Below are positions 1 through 8,836 of a stretch of DNA of 54,902 bases, in pieces. This DNA is from Ferruginibacter sp. (GTDB taxonomy: Bacteria; Bacteroidota; Bacteroidia; Chitinophagales; Chitinophagaceae). The translations under genes and the position numbers were made by a program. How positions within the stretch are numbered: the stretch's first letter is position 1; every line of letters starts with the position of its first letter. Where the stretch lies: the NCBI GenBank assembly GCA_039920685.1, contig JBDSDG010000289.1, positions 1 through 54,902 of the forward strand, given 5' to 3'. The notes under the pieces were generated by a model, which saw only the letters and a program-made list of their open reading frames with translations, made no database searches and was not told the DNA's origin.

Positions 1-73
1 CACGAACCTCATCGAGATTCTTGCCTATGCAGGAATAAATGCCCATACCGGTTATGACTACTCTATTATCCAT
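1..73 (-). CDS. Beta-ketoacyl-ACP synthase (FabB/FabF-type, pigment-cluster KS), 5' end only; runs off the window
   Basis: Manual translation from ATG at 73 gives MDNRVVITGMGIYSCIGKNLDEVR, a typical ketosynthase N-terminus (RVVITGxG); lies downstream of fabG on the same strand. Not in the ORF track. Confidence 0.85.
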   Translation of the reverse strand, partial: MDNRVVITGMGIYSCIGKNLDEVR

Positions 74-82
74 TTTTTTATA

Positions 83-157
83 ACACGAATTGAAAACACT
101 AATTACACGAATTAAGAAAATATATTAAACGAATTTTAAGCACTAATTAAACGAATT
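83..157. repeat. Duplicated 31-bp unit built from 9-mers of the ACACGAATT/ACACTAATT type
   Basis: 83-113 ACACGAATT-GAAA-ACACTAATT-ACACGAATT and 127-157 AAACGAATT-TTAA-GCACTAATT-AAACGAATT: six 9-mers in two identically organised blocks 44 bp apart. Confidence 0.8.
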
Positions 158-197
158 CAAACATTTAGGATTAATGAAAGCAGGCCTCTTATGAACA

Positions 198-229
198 AGC
201 TTACAGCTAACAGCTTATAGCTAACAGCT
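198..229. repeat. Heptamer tandem repeat (AGCTWAY)x4.5
   Basis: AGCTTAC AGCTAAC AGCTTAT AGCTAAC AGCT immediately after the fabG stop codon. Confidence 0.85.
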
Positions 230-232
230 CCT

Positions 233-961
233 TCACGAATATAACCCGCCATTCACGGAGATCACTTCTCCCGTAACATAAGATGCACCAGCCGAAGCAA
301 GAAATGCTACTGTATGTGCAACCTCTTCCGCTGATCCGAAACGCTTCAATGGTATTAAAGCCTTCAATTCATTTTCATTCAGACCTTCTGTCATATCAGT
401 TTTGATGAACCCCGGCGCCACTGCATTTACCGTTATTCCTTTTCTTCCAATTTCCTGTGCCAAGGCTTTTGTAGCTCCTATTACCCCTGCTTTTGCGGCA
501 GAATAATTTGTTTGTCCGGGCAATCCCTTTAGGCCCGACAAGGAAACGATGTTTATGATCCTGCCATATTTTTTCATCAGCATACTGTTCACAACAAGCC
601 TGGTAACATAAAAAAAACCGCCAAGACTTGTATTTATAACACTATCCCATTGCTCATCTTTCATCCACATCATCAATGCATCCTCCCTTATACCGGCATT
701 GTTTACCAATATCTCTATTACTTTATCCGGATTTGCTTCCATCCAACCACCCAACGCTGATTGCACCTCATTCCTGTCAGAAACATCGAACATTATGATC
801 TCTCCTTCCACTCCCTTCTCCCTGATCATAGAGAGTGTTAAGTTTGCCTCGGTTACATTTGATTTATAATTGATGAGAATATTATAACCCATTTCTGCCA
901 TCTTGATACAAACCGCCCTGCCTATTCCTCTTGAGCCACCTGTAATTAATGCAAATTTCAT
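233..961 (-). CDS. fabG: 3-oxoacyl-ACP reductase (SDR family), pigment-cluster copy
   Basis: TGGSRGIG nucleotide-binding motif, NNAG, YSAAK catalytic motif, VAPGFI, VNGG ending; sits between the ammonia-lyase and the KS. Confidence 0.93.
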   Translation of the reverse strand: MKFALITGGSRGIGRAVCIKMAEMGYNILINYKSNVTEANLTLSMIREKGVEGEIIMFDVSDRNEVQSALGGWMEANPDKVIEILVNNAGIREDALMMWMKDEQWDSVINTSLGGFFYVTRLVVNSMLMKKYGRIINIVSLSGLKGLPGQTNYSAAKAGVIGATKALAQEIGRKGITVNAVAPGFIKTDMTEGLNENELKALIPLKRFGSAEEVAHTVAFLASAGASYVTGEVISVNGGLYS

Positions 962-1043
962 TTTTCTGGTTTATTGCTGGGTATTGCGTAAGATAAAAGG
1001 GTCGTGAATTGTTTTGTATTCTTATTAAAGAATTTATAAAGGA

Positions 1044-2621
1044 TCAGGATATCATTGACGCGGGAATGGTTCCCATCTTGAAAGAAATAACCGGGTCAGA
1101 TTTTTCAAAATAACTTTTGATCCTTTCCAGGTCTTTGTATTTCGGACTATCCTCGATAAACTTAGGAAATATTTTTCTTATTTCTGTATAAATACTCAAT
1201 GTTTCAGATGAGAGTTTTGGCACACATTCCAGGTAATCTATCGCCTGTAAAACGGTCATCATTTGAATGCCCAGGACTTCAAAAGAATTATCGATCACTT
1301 TTTTTGTCATCAGCGCTGCATTGCATCCCATGCTTACAATATCCTGGTTGTCATTGTTATTCGGAATGCTGTGCACATACATAGGGAAGGATAATGTCTG
1401 GTTTTCCGCGACAGTTGAAGTAGCCGTGAATTGCATTCCCTGCATGCCAAAATTAAATCCAAGCACGCCCAGGTTTACAAACGGCGGAAACTTTTGATTC
1501 AGTTTTTCATTCAGCAAATAATTCAATTGCCTTTCTGAAAGCATAGACAATTTCGTGATGGCAACTTTTAGCTTATCCATTTCCAGTGAAACATAATCAC
1601 CATGAAAATTACCACCATGGAAAATGTTATGATTCTCATGATCGATGACCGGGTTGTCATTGACAGAATTAAGCTCATCAACCACCACTTTTTCTGCCTG
1701 GCTGATCGTATCGTAGATCGGCCCGAGGATCTGGGTAACGCAACGCAAGGAATAATATTCCTGTACCTTATCTTCAAAAACTTCCTGGTTCAGATTATCA
1801 GGATTATATAAATGCTCGGAGCGGCTACGGATCATTTTGCTGTCCTTAAGAATATCACGTAACTGCGCTGCAACCTTATTTTGACCTTTGTGGTGTTTTA
1901 CGATGTTGAGCTCGTATGAATAGTGATCATCAAATGCTTCAACAACTTCGTTGATCATGGCAGAAAGCATGACAGACCATTCCAGTAATTTCTGAGCCTG
2001 GATAATATTCAGCATTCCAATGCCTGTCATGGCAGAAGTGCCATTTAATATTGCCAGCCCTTCCCTTATGTGAATTGACAATGGCTTTATTCCCAGTTTC
2101 CTGAAAATGTTCATCGTTGGATGAACTTCTTCTTCATAAATCACTTCTCCTTCCCCGATCAAAACCAGTCCAAGGTGAGCAAGCTGTACGAGGTCGCCGC
2201 TGGCTCCAACACCACCGTGCTCGTATATACAGGGAGTTACATCACTATTGATAAGTTTAGCTAGTAATTTAACGGTATCCGTATGCACTCCTGAATACGC
2301 CTGCATCAGGCTGTTCAAACGTGCTACCATTACAGCTTTCACCAGCTTAGGCGACATCAGGTTCCCGCCACCAGAGCTATGGCTGCGAATAAGATTATAT
2401 TGAAGCTGGAGCAGGTTAGATTCACTTACTTTGTATTGAGCCATGGGCCCAAATCCAGTGTTAATTCCGTAGATCAGTTTATTAGAAGAAAAGCTTTTTA
2501 AGAATTGAAAATTCACATCCACCTTTTCAACGGCATTTTTGTCCAAGACCACCTCTTTTTCTTTAAACAGAATATCTGAAAAATCATTTAAAGAAAGCGC
2601 TCTTTCTCCAACATGTATCAT
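1044..2621 (-). CDS. MIO-dependent aromatic amino acid ammonia-lyase, probably tyrosine ammonia-lyase (FlxA/FjTAL-like)
   Basis: GASGDL MIO motif, IYGINTGFG, NGT, YSLRC, NDNP, GGNFHG, NQDIVSMG; resembles the Flavobacterium flexirubin TAL as I recall it; no hut genes nearby. Confidence 0.88.
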   Translation of the reverse strand: MIHVGERALSLNDFSDILFKEKEVVLDKNAVEKVDVNFQFLKSFSSNKLIYGINTGFGPMAQYKVSESNLLQLQYNLIRSHSSGGGNLMSPKLVKAVMVARLNSLMQAYSGVHTDTVKLLAKLINSDVTPCIYEHGGVGASGDLVQLAHLGLVLIGEGEVIYEEEVHPTMNIFRKLGIKPLSIHIREGLAILNGTSAMTGIGMLNIIQAQKLLEWSVMLSAMINEVVEAFDDHYSYELNIVKHHKGQNKVAAQLRDILKDSKMIRSRSEHLYNPDNLNQEVFEDKVQEYYSLRCVTQILGPIYDTISQAEKVVVDELNSVNDNPVIDHENHNIFHGGNFHGDYVSLEMDKLKVAITKLSMLSERQLNYLLNEKLNQKFPPFVNLGVLGFNFGMQGMQFTATSTVAENQTLSFPMYVHSIPNNNDNQDIVSMGCNAALMTKKVIDNSFEVLGIQMMTVLQAIDYLECVPKLSSETLSIYTEIRKIFPKFIEDSPKYKDLERIKSYFEKSDPVISFKMGTIPASMIS

Positions 2622-2962
2622 GTGCCCGATTTATTTACTAATGCTGATAATTAATTGGTAAACCGTAAAAATAGAATAAAGATTTCAATTTTGTGGCATT
2701 TACATGACATCTATGGATAGATATAAAAAAATAATATGAAAGGCTGGTCAATATGTTGAGGATTTAAATCATGTGATTTTTCGGGGCAAATAACCACCTC
2801 GACCTTACACTTAATTCGGAAGAATCTATCAAGAAAATCAAAATAAAAAATCAATGATTGAATTTCCCTTGTTTGTTTATATTTACTGCTATTTTTTAGC
2901 CTTCAATTAAGGCTGAGATTTTAATCTCATTTCAAATTATTTTATAAAATCAATACAGCCAC

Positions 2963-3559
2963 ATGAACATTTCCAGAATTTTTTCAACAGTTATATTTGC
3001 ATTCTTATTCAGCACTGTAATTCAAGCCCAGGAAGTAAGCCAAAACAAGGGCGACCTCGCCATATTGAAGGATCAGCAATCGATCAACATTGAATTCACT
3101 TATGAAAAAATGAGGGTTGGTGATTATTCCAAAGAAGAGGAATATATTAAAACCAGGGTAAAAGAAATGAATACCAAAGAAGCAGGCACAGGTGATTCAT
3201 GGGCAATTAAATGGGCTGAGAATAAAGAAATGATGTTTGAGCCAAAGTTTATACTGGGATTTACAAAGACAAGTAAGATGACGGTGGCCAAAGATGCAAA
3301 ATATACACTCATCTTTAATACAAAGGCATTGGAGCCCGGGTATAGTATTGGTGTTTCCAAAAGAAATGCAGGAATAGATGGCGTAGCTACCATTGTAGAA
3401 ACAGCAGACCGTACCAAAAAATTGGTGGTTCTTTCAGTTGAAAGGCCTGAAGAAAATAAATGGAGAGGGGCTGCCTTTGATGCAGGTTCACGAATTGCAG
3501 ATGCCTATTTTTTATCCGGACAAAAAATTGGAAAGTTTATTAAAAAAGGCGGTGATTAA
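2963..3559 (+). CDS. Secreted hypothetical protein, paralog of 3621..4205
   Basis: Signal peptide ending IQA-Q; shares GDLxxLK, INIEFxY, GDxWAxxW, EPGY, IVETADR and GxRIAxxY blocks with the next ORF. Confidence 0.85.
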   Translation: MNISRIFSTVIFAFLFSTVIQAQEVSQNKGDLAILKDQQSINIEFTYEKMRVGDYSKEEEYIKTRVKEMNTKEAGTGDSWAIKWAENKEMMFEPKFILGFTKTSKMTVAKDAKYTLIFNTKALEPGYSIGVSKRNAGIDGVATIVETADRTKKLVVLSVERPEENKWRGAAFDAGSRIADAYFLSGQKIGKFIKKGGD

Positions 3560-3620
3560 CAGTTTTTTGTTTCCATAAATTCTATTATTTTTATTTTTTT
3601 AAATTCTAAAATATTTTACA

Positions 3621-4205
3621 ATGAAATTAATAAACAAGTGTCTTGGGTTGATAGCATTGATGTTTCTTTCCATGCATATGAATGCACAAAAAATAAAAAC
3701 GGTTGATGGCGATCTTTCAGTATTAAAAAGTGAGGAAAGCATTAATATTGAATTTGTTTACGATGGAATGTCTGTGGGTAAATATGATAAGGAATCTGAC
3801 TATATCAAAGCAAAAACGGAGGAATACAATAAAAAAGAACAGGGTCGCGGAGATACCTGGGCGAAAAGCTGGGTTACTGATAGGGCAGGCAGGTTTGAAT
3901 CACGGTTCATCAATGAATTCCAGGATGCAAGTAAAATGACAGTTAAGCCAACTGCGAAATATACAATGATCTTTAAAACCACTACTACTGAACCTGGCTA
4001 CAACATCGTTATCAGCCGGAAGAATGCTGAAATTGATGCAGAGGTAACTATTGTTGAAACTGCCGACAGGGCGAAAAAGCTTGCAACACTTAGCGTAGCA
4101 AATGCACCAGGAAGAATATATGGCGGATACGATTATGATACCGGAACAAGAATAGCAGAATCATACGCTGTTGCCGGGAAAAGATTGGGCAAGTACATTA
4201 AATAA
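3621..4205 (+). CDS. Secreted hypothetical protein, paralog of 2963..3559
   Basis: Signal peptide ending MNA-Q; colinear similarity with the upstream ORF; followed by a terminator. Confidence 0.85.
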   Translation: MKLINKCLGLIALMFLSMHMNAQKIKTVDGDLSVLKSEESINIEFVYDGMSVGKYDKESDYIKAKTEEYNKKEQGRGDTWAKSWVTDRAGRFESRFINEFQDASKMTVKPTAKYTMIFKTTTTEPGYNIVISRKNAEIDAEVTIVETADRAKKLATLSVANAPGRIYGGYDYDTGTRIAESYAVAGKRLGKYIK

Positions 4206-4224
4206 TTATTTTAAGATATCAAAT

Positions 4225-4250
4225 AGGCTTCTGATCGGAAGCCTTTTTTT
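4225..4250 (+). terminator. Intrinsic terminator after the paralog pair
   Basis: AGGCTTC-TGATCG-GAAGCCT followed by a T run. Confidence 0.85.
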
Positions 4251-4373
4251 ATTGCTGAAATTCTTCAACGGTTTATTTAACCAGGATGACATCAGTAAAA
4301 AAAATAGTTAGTATTCAATTACAATTAATATTTTCACCGCAAATCATCAAACAGAAAATTTAATACCCTCAGT

Positions 4374-6002
4374 ATGAACAAATGCCTTTTACTATTTGCG
4401 CTTTTATTTTCATGCATATTTTCCTTTGCTCAAAATAAAAAATTCACTTTTAAACTTGGTGCCGAGTATGAATTGCCCAAGAGAGCAAATGACCTGGGCT
4501 TCTATGGAAGTCAATCAGAAGGCATCGTAAACCTTTTCCTGAAAAAGAAGGAACTGAACATTTTCTCCTTCAATGCAAAAACCCTTTCTCAATCCGGTGA
4601 AAAAGAAATTCCATTAGATATAACTGCAAACCATAACAATGAAGGTGTAGTGAATTTCGAAAACAATTTTTTCTGGCTTCATAGTGATTGGGACAAAAGT
4701 GCAAAAGAAGAATCCTTGTATTTTGATAAGATCGATGTGAAGACAGGAACTATGACAGAAACAAATAAAAAACTATTTTCATCCACAAAGATCGCTGGTG
4801 AATACGGTGGTGGCGGTTTTAGTATGTTTGGAGGGTTTGGTGGCCCAGGTAGCTATTCAGGCAAAACGGTGGGCAAATACGATCTCAACTACGATGCTAA
4901 CAACACACGTTTACTGGTTAGTTACCGGCTTGTTCCCGAGGAACGGAATGACAAGAAAAATTATGACAAGATCGGCCTGTATGTTTTTGACCAGAAGATG
5001 AATAAGATCTGGAACAACGAATTTACCATGCCATATACCGAAGCTATCATGGATAACCTTGACTTTACTGTTGACGCACAGGGAAATGCCTATATGCTTG
5101 CAAAGGTTTATGAATCAGAAAAGAGAAAAGAAAAAGACAAGGAAACAGGAAAACCCGGTTATCATTTTGAAGTATTGAAATTCAATGCAGAAAAAAAGCT
5201 ACAGCAATATGCTGTTTCCCTGGATGATTTTTTTATCAGGGAAGCTTCATTGATAGAAAATTCCGTTCATGATATTGTATTGTCATGTACCTATAGCAAA
5301 AAATCAAAAGGCACTGGTACTGATGGCGTATTTCTTGCCATGCTAGATCAAAATGGCAAAGTAGTGAAATATAAAAATGGATATTATGAATTTCCTGTTG
5401 CTGAGCTTGAAAAATTTGAGAAGGCAAGGACACGGAGGAAAATAGAGAAAAAAGATGATTATGAGGCGCCAAATTTAAAAGTAAGGAACATCGATGTTGA
5501 AAAAGATGGCAGTGTATTCCTTGCGCTGGAAGAATATCATTATACAGTTAGCACCTCCACGTATAATAATCATACCACCACTACCTACACCTATTATTAT
5601 GATGACATTCTAGGTGCAAAAATTGATGCACAGGGAAATTTTCTGTGGTTAAGAAAGATCCCTAAGAAGCAGCGTGGAACGAATTCTTTTCAAACATTGG
5701 GCTACAAGATGATAAGTGACGAAACCGGTTATTACTTCTTATATCTCGACAACAAAAAGAATGTCGACCTTGAAGAAGATGAAGCGCCAAAGTATCATGA
5801 AAATGGATATGGCGGGCAAGTGATGGTTGCAAAGATCGACAACCAGGGCAATGTATCTAAAGAATTACTTTTTGATACGAGAGAAGAAGAAGTAATGGTT
5901 ATGCCCAGGTTTTTTAAAAGAATTGACGGCAATCATTATATCGGAAGAACTTCCATAAGAGGGCCAGGAGCATATAGGCCTTTGCTTATTTCAGTAAATT
6001 GA
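4374..6002 (+). CDS. Secreted hypothetical protein, beta-rich (possible propeller)
   Basis: 542-aa ORF with signal peptide (SFA-Q), recurring DxxGN turns, no catalytic motif recognised. Confidence 0.8.
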   Translation: MNKCLLLFALLFSCIFSFAQNKKFTFKLGAEYELPKRANDLGFYGSQSEGIVNLFLKKKELNIFSFNAKTLSQSGEKEIPLDITANHNNEGVVNFENNFFWLHSDWDKSAKEESLYFDKIDVKTGTMTETNKKLFSSTKIAGEYGGGGFSMFGGFGGPGSYSGKTVGKYDLNYDANNTRLLVSYRLVPEERNDKKNYDKIGLYVFDQKMNKIWNNEFTMPYTEAIMDNLDFTVDAQGNAYMLAKVYESEKRKEKDKETGKPGYHFEVLKFNAEKKLQQYAVSLDDFFIREASLIENSVHDIVLSCTYSKKSKGTGTDGVFLAMLDQNGKVVKYKNGYYEFPVAELEKFEKARTRRKIEKKDDYEAPNLKVRNIDVEKDGSVFLALEEYHYTVSTSTYNNHTTTTYTYYYDDILGAKIDAQGNFLWLRKIPKKQRGTNSFQTLGYKMISDETGYYFLYLDNKKNVDLEEDEAPKYHENGYGGQVMVAKIDNQGNVSKELLFDTREEEVMVMPRFFKRIDGNHYIGRTSIRGPGAYRPLLISVN

Positions 6003-6022
6003 TCTTATAGAAAATATTTTGT

Positions 6023-6052
6023 GCGCCTTGGCTTAAATGCTAAGGCGTTTTT
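6023..6052 (+). terminator. Intrinsic terminator between convergent genes
   Basis: GCGCCTTGGC-TTAAAT-GCTAAGGCGT followed by TTTT. Confidence 0.75.
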
Positions 6053-6083
6053 CTTTTCCAGGAATTATCGAATAAAAATAGAA

Positions 6084-7796
6084 TTAGATGGTAGCCGCTT
6101 CAACTGCGGGCTTTGGATAGAACCACATGATGTCCACGTCTTTTGAAATTGCTTCTGCAGGTGCAATTGCATCCTGCGATTCAGTATCCAATTCTATGGC
6201 GTCCTCTTTCTTTCCCAAATTTATTGTGTAAGGATTCACTTTCAGATCTGGTGAAGTTCCATTGACCTCAGCACTAACCAGCCTGAAAATGGCTACAGCC
6301 AATTGTTCCAGCGTATTCATGTTCTTCGCGATCTGTTCAAGTAATTCCTTCGGCTCTCTTTGCACCTCGATTTCTTCCTGGAATTTTCTTAGCACTGACA
6401 AGTCAAACGGATCAATATAGCGGTTGGAAAATATCCTGCTTTCTAAAGGAAGCCATTCTAAAAATAGGTCTTGCATTGTCTTATTTAACCTGCCAAATTT
6501 TCTGCCCAGACTATCCTGCGAAACAAAAAGATCTTTAAGCACACGCAAATTTGTAAATGCTTTGTTTGCGAATAGATGACAAGGAACCGCCCAGTACGTT
6601 GCCCAATCCCAGAAAATTTTGATGACCATGATCTGGGTATTTCCCATCAGCAGGTATTTATTCTGGTAAACCGGGATCCAGCTATCTACAAGAGCAAGGT
6701 GGGATTTTTCATAAATATTCACCCTGCCGGAAATATCCTCTCCCTCCATATCACGAAGGATAAGATCACATAACCATGAATTATTCATCGCTATAAAATC
6801 TGTGCCGGGAGAATACAATGGATCTAAAAATGCACCTGATTCACCGGTAACTCCCCATCGATCATCGGAATAAATTCTTTCTGAATGGTGGGCATAATGC
6901 TTTAAGATCTTAAAATCAAGCAGGCCGTCTCCCTGGCCTAACGGCTCCAGCATTTTATAGGGTAACGGCTCATTTACCCTCATCCATTCAACTGCCTTTT
7001 CATAAGTGTTGAATGTTTCAAACGGATGTATGGCCGGGTCTGCAACAATTCCAATACTCGTATTCTTTGATCCAAGTGGAATAACCCACAACCAGTAACC
7101 ACTATCCATGAAATGAACCGTGCTCAAATATCTTAATCCAGGCTCGAGAAATGATTTCCATTGTTTGTTATCTGTCCACGTATCAATGTCTATCACGCCT
7201 TTAAGCCGCCACCATACTGCATTGCTATGATGTTCCATTGGCTTTTGAAACTGCAGCTTGCGCTTTAATACGCTCGCTCTTCCTGACGCATCAGCAACCC
7301 AGCGGCATTTAACGGTAACTTCTTTTCCATCTTTTATATAAGTGACCTCATGTCCCGCTTCTTTTGAAAGTTCAACATTAGAAACCTTTGCACCTAATAG
7401 AAGATCCGTGCCTTTTTCACGCGTATGCCTCATCATATAATTTTCAAGCGTGCCCCTGTCGAGTTGGTGGCTGGGAACGGGAAGCCTTAGACGCGGTCCA
7501 AGTTCTACCCTGCTTGCTATATCTTCTTTTGTTTCTGATTTAAAGAAAAAACGTAATCCGTGTTTTGGAAGCTCATGTTCCTCCAGGTAACCCTTTAGAT
7601 CAAGAACTTCTCTTAAATAGTGAGTGCCTAATTCTACAGTGGATTCACCTACTTTATGCGCAGCTGTTGCTGCTTCTGTTTCTCTTCTTTCAAGCACCAG
7701 TATCGAAATTCCTGGTTTTGCATTTTTAAGTTGTAAGGAAAGTGTTAGGCCTGCAAGGCCGCCTCCGAGGATGACTACGTCATACTGTTCATGCAT
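6084..7796 (-). CDS. Flavin-dependent halogenase-like protein (NAD(P)/FAD oxidoreductase)
   Basis: GGGLAG FAD motif, KVGES, candidate catalytic Lys in LPKHGLRFF, DRG, DASG, WLWVIP (WxWxIP) and FLDPLYSPG; first ATG at 7796 (track start is a TTG at 7802). Confidence 0.8.
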   Translation of the reverse strand: MHEQYDVVILGGGLAGLTLSLQLKNAKPGISILVLERRETEAATAAHKVGESTVELGTHYLREVLDLKGYLEEHELPKHGLRFFFKSETKEDIASRVELGPRLRLPVPSHQLDRGTLENYMMRHTREKGTDLLLGAKVSNVELSKEAGHEVTYIKDGKEVTVKCRWVADASGRASVLKRKLQFQKPMEHHSNAVWWRLKGVIDIDTWTDNKQWKSFLEPGLRYLSTVHFMDSGYWLWVIPLGSKNTSIGIVADPAIHPFETFNTYEKAVEWMRVNEPLPYKMLEPLGQGDGLLDFKILKHYAHHSERIYSDDRWGVTGESGAFLDPLYSPGTDFIAMNNSWLCDLILRDMEGEDISGRVNIYEKSHLALVDSWIPVYQNKYLLMGNTQIMVIKIFWDWATYWAVPCHLFANKAFTNLRVLKDLFVSQDSLGRKFGRLNKTMQDLFLEWLPLESRIFSNRYIDPFDLSVLRKFQEEIEVQREPKELLEQIAKNMNTLEQLAVAIFRLVSAEVNGTSPDLKVNPYTINLGKKEDAIELDTESQDAIAPAEAISKDVDIMWFYPKPAVEAATI

Positions 7797-8083
7797 AAGC
7801 AAAATTTTGTTTCATTTAGTAAATCTCAATGGTGGTTGAAGGTAAAATATATCCTCCAGATTATTATAAGTATAAGTAATAAAATACTACATCGCAATCT
7901 AATTATATAAAAAAAATTCTATGTTTGTTGATGATGTCCTTGATCGGTTTGTTAAACCTTTAAACACTGCAATTATTGATAGTATATTTTTACCAGCAAG
8001 AAAATTCTAGTATAAAAATTGTGCGATAGTGTGGTTGATAAAATGGATGATTAGTTATTTTATTCTTTTATTTGCATTGAAGT

Positions 8084-8827
8084 ATGGGCAGGTTAACTGA
8101 TAAGCTGAAAAATATGAAAGTGGTAAGGGCATTGGTATATGCCTTTGTGGGATCAGTATCCTATCCCGGATTTACCATGTTCAATAAATTACAGATCGAA
8201 GGAACGGAATATCTAAAAGGCCTGCCAAAAAAAAATGTACTATTTGTTAGTAATCACCAGACTTACTTTGCCGAGGTAATTGCATTCCTCCATATTTTTT
8301 GTGCTGTAAAATGGAGAAAACAAAATAAGCTTGGCATTCCGTTCTATCTCCTGAATCCTTTTACAAGTGTGTTTTTTGTTTCTGCTGCAGAAACGATGAA
8401 GGAAAGCTGGATGACACGGTTATTTGAATTGGCTGGATCCATTACCGTGAGAAGAATATGGAATGAAGGAAGCAAAGAGGTGAGGCAAGGATTAGATCCA
8501 TCAGATACCCGAAAGATAGACAGAGCACTTAAAAGCAGCTGGGTCATCAATTTTCCACAGGGAACAACAAAACCCTTTGCACCCGGGAGGAAAGGGACAG
8601 TGTTACTGATCAAACAAAACAGGCCAATTGTTATCCCTATAGTTATAAGCGGGTTCAATAAAGCATTCGATAAAAAAGGGATCAAATTAGTTAATAAGGG
8701 AACTAAGCTTTCTGTAAAATTCAAACCACCACTCGAGATCGACTATAATGCTTCTAATGATGACATGATGGAAGCGATCATGGTTGCAATTGAACAAAGT
8801 AAAAGCCAGCAGGCATCTAACCAATAA
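8084..8827 (+). CDS. Lysophospholipid/1-acylglycerol-3-phosphate acyltransferase family (PlsC-like)
   Basis: FVSNHQTYFAE block I, FPQGTT block III, IVIPIVI block IV. Confidence 0.88.
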   Translation: MGRLTDKLKNMKVVRALVYAFVGSVSYPGFTMFNKLQIEGTEYLKGLPKKNVLFVSNHQTYFAEVIAFLHIFCAVKWRKQNKLGIPFYLLNPFTSVFFVSAAETMKESWMTRLFELAGSITVRRIWNEGSKEVRQGLDPSDTRKIDRALKSSWVINFPQGTTKPFAPGRKGTVLLIKQNRPIVIPIVISGFNKAFDKKGIKLVNKGTKLSVKFKPPLEIDYNASNDDMMEAIMVAIEQSKSQQASNQ

Positions 8828-8836
8828 AGAAAAGGA

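Noticed and set aside
83-229. Short repeats as a CRISPR array
   Set aside because: Units are 7-9 bp without unique 30-40 bp spacers, and no cas genes are present.
1044-2621. Histidine utilisation gene hutH
   Set aside because: No hutU/I/G nearby; the context is fabG-KS plus an aryl-CoA ligase.
2896-2928. Small hairpins TTAGCCTT/AAGGCTGA and GAGATT/AATCTC upstream of the paralog pair
   Set aside because: Short, no T tract, no recognisable RNA family; too weak to call.
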